A stretch of 63,935 nucleotides of DNA, taken from IMG/VR virus record IMGVR_UViG_3300036793_000016, positions 1 through 63,935 of that record, one strand, 5' to 3'. Positions 1 to 5,752 of the stretch are shown piece by piece. The DNA comes from a virus (Duplodnaviria; Caudoviricetes). Position 1 is the first letter of the stretch. Each line of letters starts with the position of its first letter. The position numbers and the translations under genes were made by a program. A model generated the notes under the pieces. The model searched no databases. It worked only from the letters and a program-made list of their open reading frames with translations, and was not told the origin of the DNA.

Positions 1-1
1 C

Positions 2-556
2 GACATCGAGCAGCTCTCGACGCAGTACCCGAGCCTCAAGACCCTCGCCGCGCCGCCTGGAAAGGCTCAGCAGCGGTCATGGGTGGCTGCCTTCACCACT
101 CGGCCCGAGGCGCTGGAGACGATGCTCAGCGACCTGATCAAGCAGGCGTACGCCAAGCCGGGTCGAATCGGCCAGCGACCCATGCCTAAGGAGGAGGAGG
201 TCAACCTCCACGCCCTCCTGCATGGCGAGTACACCGACGAGTCGTTGGTCGACGTGCTGACCAAGCTGGTGCCGCCCGGTCGACACAAGCAGTTCTGCGA
301 GCGCATCTTCATGAGCCGCCGCATGTACCAGCGGATGTTCTTGCCGGATCGGCACGCCGACAAGTACCACCCGGACATGAGCGACATCGAGCGGATCGCC
401 TCGGCGCTCAAGAAGCCCGCGAGCTTCTTCCTGGAGTACCGGCTCATGGCTGCCCAGGCCGCATTCGTGCGGCTGATCACCGATAAGCCCGTCATAGCCA
501 CTCGTCTGTACCGGGACTACCTGGAAGTGAGCAAGCAGAGCCCCTTCCTGCGGTAG
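2..556 (+). CDS. 5'-truncated putative HTH (XRE-like) DNA-binding protein
   Basis: Frame is open from base 2 (DIEQLSTQYPSLK...) into ORF 83..556; segment PDMSDIERIASALKKPASFFLEYR resembles the C-terminal half of an XRE HTH. Confidence 0.55.
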   Translation, partial: DIEQLSTQYPSLKTLAAPPGKAQQRSWVAAFTTRPEALETMLSDLIKQAYAKPGRIGQRPMPKEEEVNLHALLHGEYTDESLVDVLTKLVPPGRHKQFCERIFMSRRMYQRMFLPDRHADKYHPDMSDIERIASALKKPASFFLEYRLMAAQAAFVRLITDKPVIATRLYRDYLEVSKQSPFLR

Positions 557-605
557 CTGAACACTCGGTGTGGGCATACACGGCTATGACGAGAGGAGGA
601 AACAG

Positions 606-761
606 ATGTTCATCCTTGGAGTCGTGCTGCTGATTCTCGGATTCTTGTTCGGGATCGGCCTGCTGTGGACGCTCGGCATCATCCTGATCGTGCTCGGGGC
701 CGTGCTGTACCTGCTCGGCGCTGCGGGCCACGCGATCGGCGGGCGCAACCACTACTGGTAA
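606..761 (+). CDS. Small two-TM membrane protein (DUF6131-like, actinobacterial)
   Basis: GAGGAGGA RBS then ATG 606; MFILGVVLLILGFLFGIGLLWTLGIILIVLGAVLYLLGAAGHAIGGRNHYW. Confidence 0.75.
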   Translation: MFILGVVLLILGFLFGIGLLWTLGIILIVLGAVLYLLGAAGHAIGGRNHYW

Positions 762-779
762 CTGGACCTGGAAACGCGA

Positions 780-822
780 AACGCCGGGCCGTGGAGAGCG
801 AATCATCCACGAGCCCGGCGTT
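780..822 (+). terminator. Long hairpin, probable terminator
   Basis: AACGCCGGGC/GCCCGGCGTT plus inner GTGGA/TCCAC, just after the stop codon. Confidence 0.55.
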
Positions 823-896
823 CTGCATCACCCGATGTCCCAACCACGGAACACTGACCTGCAACCGCACCCGAACAGCCGAACGCTAGCAAACCC

Positions 897-925
897 TTGA
901 CCTCTACGCAATGTCCACTTACGGT
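897..925 (+). promoter_or_regulatory. SigA/HrdB-type promoter of the RNA operon
   Basis: TTGACC(897-902)-N17-TACGGT(920-925); predicted +1 near G933 coincides with the start of a 16-bp stem. Confidence 0.7.
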
Positions 926-932
926 CGCTGGC

Positions 933-1027
933 GGCGACCGGGCATGGACGGGCATGGAAGAACCCTTGGTCCACGGCCTGTAGTGGGTCGACTTGGGAAA
1001 GTCAGTGGACATCCATGCTCGGTCGTC
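933..1027 (+). ncRNA. Candidate structured ncRNA, domain 1
   Basis: 16-bp stem 933-948/1012-1027 enclosing stem 969-974/1005-1010 with two hairpins (one GGGA tetraloop). Confidence 0.6.
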
Positions 1028-1040
1028 TTAGCCTGATCTA

Positions 1041-1149
1041 GCTCGGAAACGAGCAGCCAGGTGGGAGAGTGGGCCACTGGCGGTGACTGGAGAACAGTCG
1101 CGCCCGTCACGCGGGGCGACGAAGGTCCGGGAGACCGCGATCCCCTGGT
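1041..1149 (+). ncRNA. Candidate structured ncRNA, domain 2
   Basis: GCTCG-GAAA-CGAGC hairpin; closing stem 1056-1066/1141-1149 around three further hairpins; ends 3 nt before tRNA-fMet. Confidence 0.5.
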
Positions 1150-1152
1150 CAA

Positions 1153-1226
1153 CGCGCAGTGGAGCAGCTCGGTAGCTCGGGGGACTCATAATCCTCAGGT
1201 CGTGGGTTCAAATCCCACCTGCGCAA
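1153..1226 (+). tRNA. tRNA-fMet (CAT), initiator type
   Basis: Cloverleaf; loop CTCATAA; C1xA72 mismatch, A11-U24; T-loop TTCAAAT; no encoded CCA. Confidence 0.92.
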
Positions 1227-1347
1227 CGAGTAGGAGGCGGGTAGAGACCCGCTGGCCAAACTCCGCGAGGCCCCTTATACGGCCATCGACTCCAATCGGT
1301 GGAACAACCAGTCGGGGGGTTTTTGTCTGGTGCAGGGCGATTGATGG

Positions 1348-1418
1348 TGGTCGGTAGTTCAACGGCAGGACGGCGCCTTCTGAGGGCGTAGGTGCGGGTT
1401 CGATTCCCGCTCGACAAA
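1348..1418 (+). tRNA. Atypical tRNA, anticodon CTG (Gln)
   Basis: D-stem GTTC/GGAC, anticodon stem GCGCC/GGCGT with loop TTCTGAG, T-arm GCGGG-TTCGATT-CCCGC; acceptor stem has G2xA71 mismatch. Confidence 0.7.
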
Positions 1419-1440
1419 TGCCATCAACCCTGTGCTGCAA

Positions 1441-1513
1441 TGGCTTGTAGCTCAGTCGGCAGAGCGGCGGATTGTTAATCCGCAAGTCCCTGGTTCGAGT
1501 CCAGGCGGGCCAG
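1441..1513 (+). tRNA. tRNA-Asn (GTT)
   Basis: Canonical cloverleaf, loop TTGTTAA, U1-A72, G73. Confidence 0.95.
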
Positions 1514-1515
1514 CA

Positions 1516-1614
1516 CCGTGGGTGATGGGTTCAGTTCATGGCTGATCGCCTAGTTGTCCAGCGCACGGCTTCGGCACGGCGTCCTGGAACGGAGTTTCAA
1601 TAGCTCGCCCACGG
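1516..1614 (+). ncRNA. Candidate cloverleaf-like ncRNA between tRNA-Asn and tRNA-Ala
   Basis: 10-bp closing stem CCGTGGGTGA/TCGCCCACGG with three internal hairpins, one capped by cUUCGg. Confidence 0.5.
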
Positions 1615-1618
1615 GTAA

Positions 1619-1691
1619 GGGGACGTAGCTCATCAGGTAGAGCGCCGCTTTTGCAAGGCGGATGTGGCAGGTTCGAGTCCTGTCGTCTCCA
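1619..1691 (+). tRNA. tRNA-Ala (TGC)
   Basis: Cloverleaf, loop TTTGCAA, G3.U70 alanine identity pair, A73. Confidence 0.95.
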
Positions 1692-1699
1692 CGCAGCAT

Positions 1700-1771
1700 T
1701 GGGAGCTGGGGTAATCGGCAGCCCGCGAGGTTCTGGCCCTCGTCGTCCAGGTTCGAGTCCTGGGTTCCCAG
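1700..1771 (+). tRNA. tRNA-Gln (CTG)
   Basis: Cloverleaf, loop TTCTGGC, U1-A72, G2-C71, G3-C70, G73. Confidence 0.93.
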
Positions 1772-1797
1772 CCTCTCATTCAACCCGAGCTTGACCG

Positions 1798-1826
1798 TTG
1801 CCTCGGCGTCCCCACCGGGCTATGTT
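1798..1826 (+). promoter_or_regulatory. Possible SigA-type promoter for the vWA gene
   Basis: TTGCCT-N17-TATGTT. Confidence 0.4.
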
Positions 1827-1864
1827 CGGATTTCCTCCAACCACGGAATAGGAATGGGACAGCT

Positions 1865-2533
1865 ATGACCAGTCAGCAGACGGAACCATCGGTCAACGAC
1901 CTCAGCCCGATGTTTAAGACGGGCGTCGAAAAGGAGCCGATCTTCCTGATCGACACCAGCGGCTCGATGAGCTGGCCCAACACCGAGGGCGGCGCAGCGC
2001 GCTACGTGATCCTGGGTGAGGCGATCGGCAACCTCGTCGGCGCGCTCGAAGGTCTCGACAGCCAGGCCGCGCACGAGAAGGAAGCAGGCGAGGACGCTGG
2101 CGGCGTCATGACCGTGCTGTTCTCGGACAAGACTGAGGTGCTCGGCGACCTCAGCTCGGCGAACGTGAAGCAGAAGTGGGACTCGATCGCCTGGGGCGGC
2201 GGCACCATCATCCAGCCCGGCTGGGACGCCGTGATCGAGAACTACATGGAGGAGTTCGGCGACACCCCGAAGCAGGACCGTCCGCACCTGCTCGCGGTCA
2301 TCTTCACCGACGGCGAGGCCAACGACACCGACGCCTTCGCCTCGACGATCGCCAAGTCGCAGGGTGGCACCTACGCGCTCATCGTGATCATGGGCTACGG
2401 GCCCGAGCACGACCGGGCGCTCCAGGTCTACCAGGACATCACCAAGCAGAACGATCACGTCCGCGTGGTCACGTTCGGCAACGAGACCGACCCGAAGGTG
2501 ATTGCAGACGGCCTGCTGTCAATGGTCGGCTAG
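1865..2533 (+). CDS. von Willebrand factor A (vWA) domain protein
   Basis: MIDAS motif FLIDTSGSM, GGT, VIFTDGEAN. Confidence 0.85.
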   Translation: MTSQQTEPSVNDLSPMFKTGVEKEPIFLIDTSGSMSWPNTEGGAARYVILGEAIGNLVGALEGLDSQAAHEKEAGEDAGGVMTVLFSDKTEVLGDLSSANVKQKWDSIAWGGGTIIQPGWDAVIENYMEEFGDTPKQDRPHLLAVIFTDGEANDTDAFASTIAKSQGGTYALIVIMGYGPEHDRALQVYQDITKQNDHVRVVTFGNETDPKVIADGLLSMVG

Positions 2534-2549
2534 GTAGCAATCCCGCCCC

Positions 2550-2584
2550 GGTGCCCCGCTTCATCCAGACTGGAGCGGGGCACC
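2550..2584 (+). terminator. Hairpin terminator
   Basis: GGTGCCCCGCTTCA/TGGAGCGGGGCACC after the vWA stop. Confidence 0.65.
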
Positions 2585-2603
2585 GCATGTCTGGGGAACC
2601 ATC

Positions 2604-3011
2604 GTGATCGCAGAGATTGTGGACGGCCTGCTCGGTGCCGGTGTCGGTGCCGTAGTGGGTCGTCTATCCAGGCGCAAGACGCCATCCGTGCCAACTGATC
2701 CGCCGCCCATCTGCGGCTGCGGTGACAACTACGCCCTGCACGATCCGACCACGCGGATGTGCTTCGGCACCAGGCGGCAGAGCGTCTACAACAAGCCGAC
2801 CGCGAGCTACTACGACGAGACGGTGCAGTGCCCGTGCCGCCAGTACGTGGGGCCGATCCCAGTCGACAGCTTCACCTCAATGCCGGTCTCATGGGGCACC
2901 CCGGTGGACACATCGAAACAGACGCCCGTCCAAAAGCCAGTTCAGCGTCCAGCACCGACCGTCTCGAAGCGCAAGACGCAGAAGGGCGACCCCGACTACG
3001 GTCCACCCTGA
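2604..3011 (+). CDS. Membrane-anchored Cys/His-rich hypothetical protein
   Basis: N-terminal hydrophobic helix; CGCGDNYALHD...C...CPCRQYVGP. Confidence 0.65.
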   Translation: MIAEIVDGLLGAGVGAVVGRLSRRKTPSVPTDPPPICGCGDNYALHDPTTRMCFGTRRQSVYNKPTASYYDETVQCPCRQYVGPIPVDSFTSMPVSWGTPVDTSKQTPVQKPVQRPAPTVSKRKTQKGDPDYGPP

Positions 3012-3084
3012 GCAATCTGAACATCCGTCCTCTGTTCATCCTGAGGCTCTGGATTCGTTCATATTCGTCAGCGACTCTCGCAGT

Positions 3085-3456
3085 GTGTCTGAGGGGCGTC
3101 ATCGTCGCGTAGCCGGTCAACATCGGCGCGATGTCGGGCAGCATCGCTACGTGGCACCCAAGCTGCCATCAGTCGCACCGCACCCCAGCCATGTGCCCCG
3201 GCGCGCATTGTTCACTCTTGCTGGGATCGCTGGACTCGCAGCGGCCAGTACCGTGTCGCCGGGATCGGCAGGGGCGTCGACCCACGAGGTTGAGCGTCGT
3301 TTCAAACACTGGCATGACCACCCAGATCGACATCCACCGAAACCCGTCGCGCCACTCGCCATTCCAGCCGACCTACCTGCCGACGCCACAATGAAGCAGA
3401 TCGTCGCCGCCCTCAATAGTCTGTCGGCCTACCTCCGGAGCGAGGGCGCGTCGTAA
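3085..3456 (+). CDS. Hypothetical protein with twin-arginine-like signal (start uncertain)
   Basis: 3' part of ORF 2722..3456; in-frame GTG at 3085; PRRALFTLAGIAGLAAAS...AGA. Confidence 0.45.
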   Translation: MSEGRHRRVAGQHRRDVGQHRYVAPKLPSVAPHPSHVPRRALFTLAGIAGLAAASTVSPGSAGASTHEVERRFKHWHDHPDRHPPKPVAPLAIPADLPADATMKQIVAALNSLSAYLRSEGAS

Positions 3457-3510
3457 AACCGACGAACATCCATTCCCTCTCTCGCGTCGTCCAGGCGATA
3501 TGGTTTCAAC

Positions 3511-4128
3511 ATGGGTCTGTTGAACGATCTCGGGCTGAAATACGACGCCGATAAGAGTTCCCGCTTCCACAACTACCTCGACTTCTACGAGCAGCACCTG
3601 CCCGACCGAAACTTCGCGGGCAGGCTCCTGGAGATCGGGATCATGGATGGCGTCAGCATGAAGATGTGGGCCGAGTTCTACCCGAAGGCCGAGATCGTCG
3701 GCATCGACGTGGTGGACAAGGAGCATCTCTACAACGACGACTGGCAGCTACCCAGGAGCATCAAACTGCTCACGCTCGATGGCACCAAGGCCGAGGACGT
3801 GCGACCGCTCGGCATGTTCGACATCATCATCGACGACGGCTCGCACTTCACCGCCGACCAGCAGGCCAGCTTCGAGCTGCTCTACTACGACCAGCTCAAC
3901 GAGGGCGGCATCTACATCGTCGAGGACATCTGGACCAGCCGTATGACGCAGTACGTCAACTCGGAGCTGGACATGTTCGATTGGTTGGAGAAGAAGGGCA
4001 TCACAGCGACCGTCTTCAAGCACGAGCACAACGGCATCGGCAGCATCGTGTTCCCGGAGTACCCCGAGTACAAAGACCTCGGCAGCGAGACGGCGCTGAT
4101 CCGAGCTGGCCAGAAAGGGATGGCATGA
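3511..4128 (+). CDS. Class I SAM-dependent methyltransferase (sugar O-methyltransferase-like)
   Basis: DK..FHNYLDFY, LLEIGI, IVGID, FDIIIDDGSH, GGIYIVED. Confidence 0.85.
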   Translation: MGLLNDLGLKYDADKSSRFHNYLDFYEQHLPDRNFAGRLLEIGIMDGVSMKMWAEFYPKAEIVGIDVVDKEHLYNDDWQLPRSIKLLTLDGTKAEDVRPLGMFDIIIDDGSHFTADQQASFELLYYDQLNEGGIYIVEDIWTSRMTQYVNSELDMFDWLEKKGITATVFKHEHNGIGSIVFPEYPEYKDLGSETALIRAGQKGMA

Positions 4129-4775
4129 CGATCTTTGTGGCGAATCAGAGCAAGCGCGTGTCGGACGCCGACGTGCGTGCCATGACTGCGGCCTGCGACA
4201 GTCAGGTCTTCTATCACGCAGCCCCGCTGTACGGGTACAAGCCGCGTCGCGTGCAGTTCACTGCCGATCCGAAGTCGATCACGAGCGACGCGCTGATCAT
4301 CGTGGCCGACACTCCGGACGAAGCCAACGCCCTCGGTTGGCACTCGGAGCAGGCCAGTGGCCAGTCCTACGGCTTCGTTTTCGCTGCGCCCGTACTCGAC
4401 AACGGCGGCGACGCGCTCTACAACACCAACGTCTCGGTCTCCTCGGTGCTCAGTCACGAGGTGCTGGAGACTTGCCTGAATCCAGGTGTGAACGTCAGCG
4501 CCGACGATGGGCAAGGCTGGCTCTGGGCTTACGAGGTGTGTGATCCGGTCGAGGGTGACAGCTACCCGATCTACTCCAAGATCATGGTCAGCAACTTCGT
4601 CCTTCCGGCGTTCTTCGACCAGGCAGGCAAGGGTCGCGTCGACTTCATGGGCACCGCGCCGGGGCCGTTCAGGCTCGCTCGGCATGGATATGCCGCTCGT
4701 CAGGCGAGCACCGGGAAGCAGGCGGAAATCTTCGGCGACCAGTACATCCCTTGGTACAACGGGGCCAAGGGCTAA
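4125..4775 (+). CDS. Hypothetical protein, possible zincin-like metallopeptidase
   Basis: ATGA overlap with upstream stop; ALGWH, VLSHEVLE, YEVCDPVE motifs. Confidence 0.6.
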   Translation: MTIFVANQSKRVSDADVRAMTAACDSQVFYHAAPLYGYKPRRVQFTADPKSITSDALIIVADTPDEANALGWHSEQASGQSYGFVFAAPVLDNGGDALYNTNVSVSSVLSHEVLETCLNPGVNVSADDGQGWLWAYEVCDPVEGDSYPIYSKIMVSNFVLPAFFDQAGKGRVDFMGTAPGPFRLARHGYAARQASTGKQAEIFGDQYIPWYNGAKG

Positions 4776-4804
4776 TCGGTTGACTCCTCACCTATGGTGA
4801 ACAC

Positions 4805-4843
4805 ATGACCTTCCGCTCCTGGCGACCGCGACCTCTCATCTGA
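4805..4843 (+). CDS. Putative leaderless leader peptide MTFRSWRPRPLI
   Basis: TATGGT(4793-4798)-N6-ATG; stop overlaps hairpin 4842-4869; directly upstream of tRNA-Trp and tRNA-Pro. Confidence 0.45.
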   Translation: MTFRSWRPRPLI

Positions 4844-4873
4844 GTGCAGTCGCTCGCGGCGCTGCGCTCGTAA

Positions 4874-4946
4874 TGGGGCGTAGCCAAGCGGCCAAGGCAG
4901 CGGCTTCCAAACCCGTCATTCGTCGGTTCGAGTCCGACCGCCCCAG
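4874..4946 (+). tRNA. tRNA-Trp (CCA) with a Gln-like body
   Basis: Cloverleaf, loop TTCCAAA, C31xC39 mismatch, U1-A72, G73. Confidence 0.85.
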
Positions 4947-4967
4947 CAGAATCGCGCGCAGTGCCAC

Positions 4968-5041
4968 CGGGATGTGGCGCAACTTGGTAGCGCAGCGGCT
5001 TTGGGAGCCGATGGCTGGGGGTTCAAATCCCTCCATCCCGA
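4968..5041 (+). tRNA. tRNA-Pro (TGG)
   Basis: Cloverleaf CGGGATG/CATCCCG, loop TTTGGGA, A73. Confidence 0.93.
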
Positions 5042-5104
5042 CACGATGATGAACTCATAGGGACGTGCGTTCCTATTCACCGATGCAAGGGCTATGGTGA
5101 CTCT

Positions 5105-5671
5105 GTGGCCGACCCGATCACGCGGGGCGAGTACGAATCCCTCTTGCTCACCCCAGGCGAGAAGTACATCCTGACCCAACTACGCAAGGAGATTCGATCG
5201 CTCATGTCCGCACTCACTGACCAGGTAGATGCAGCACTCGCGCTGCTCGCCACCGAGACCAGTGGCCTCCAGGGTGTCATCGACGCGCAGAACGCTGCCG
5301 CCGCTGTCCTCCAGGCAGCCCTCACCGCATCGCAGGCCAACGAGGTCGCCGACGAGGCCGAACTCCAGAAGGCTCTCGACGCTCTGAACCAGGCCAACGC
5401 CGCGCTGGCCGGTCTCCAGTCGAGCACCCCGACCACGCCGGTGGACCCGACGACTCCAGTCGACCCCACCACGCCGACCACTCCGGTCGACCCCACGACT
5501 CCCGTGGACCCGACGACCCCGACCGATCCGACCACTCCGGACCCGACCACTCCGGACCCGACCACCCCGGTCGACCCGACCACGCCGGACTTCCCGGCAA
5601 CCCCGGACCCAACGACTCCGGACCCGACCACGCCGGACCCGACCACTCCGGACGCGCCGACCGTCGTCTAG
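5105..5671 (+). CDS. Coiled-coil protein with C-terminal Pro/Thr/Asp repeats
   Basis: Ala/Leu/Gln-rich heptads then [11 protein letters not shown] repeats; alternative ATG at 5204. Confidence 0.75.
   Translation: MADPITRGEYESLLLTPGEKYILTQLRKEIRSLMSALTDQVDAALALLATETSGLQGVIDAQNAAAAVLQAALTASQANEVADEAELQKALDALNQANAALAGLQSSTPTTPVDPTTPVDPTTPTTPVDPTTPVDPTTPTDPTTPDPTTPDPTTPVDPTTPDFPATPDPTTPDPTTPDPTTPDAPTVV
5429..5652 (+). repeat. Coding tandem repeats (15-18 bp units)
   Basis: Repeated CCGACCACTCCGGAC / CCGACCACGCCGGTGGAC units. Confidence 0.85.
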
Positions 5672-5685
5672 TCCTCGCGGCTGCA

Positions 5686-5715
5686 CAGCCCTCGTACCTT
5701 CGGGTGCGGGGGCTG
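5686..5715 (+). terminator. UUCG hairpin terminator
   Basis: CAGCCCTCGTACC-TTCG-GGTGCGGGGGCTG. Confidence 0.7.
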
Positions 5716-5752
5716 CTTGCATTTATATGGACGCGCGTCCGAACATAGAGGT

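Noticed and set aside
933-1150. Assignment as SRP RNA, raiA-motif, GOLLD or Y RNA
   Set aside because: Only short local resemblances; the overall architecture (no end-to-end closing helix, no CAGG/AGCA loop, no permuted tRNA module) does not fit, so it is left unassigned.
1061-1868. Short ORFs over the tRNA region (1061..1357, 1662..1868, etc.)
   Set aside because: They overlap clear tRNA genes and lack coding bias.
1348-4946. Stop-codon reassignment or suppressor tRNAs
   Set aside because: Anticodons are CTG and CCA rather than CTA/TCA, and genes end normally at TAG, TGA and TAA.
5429-5652. CRISPR-like repeat array
   Set aside because: Repeats are contiguous, in frame and encode PTTPD units; no unique spacers.
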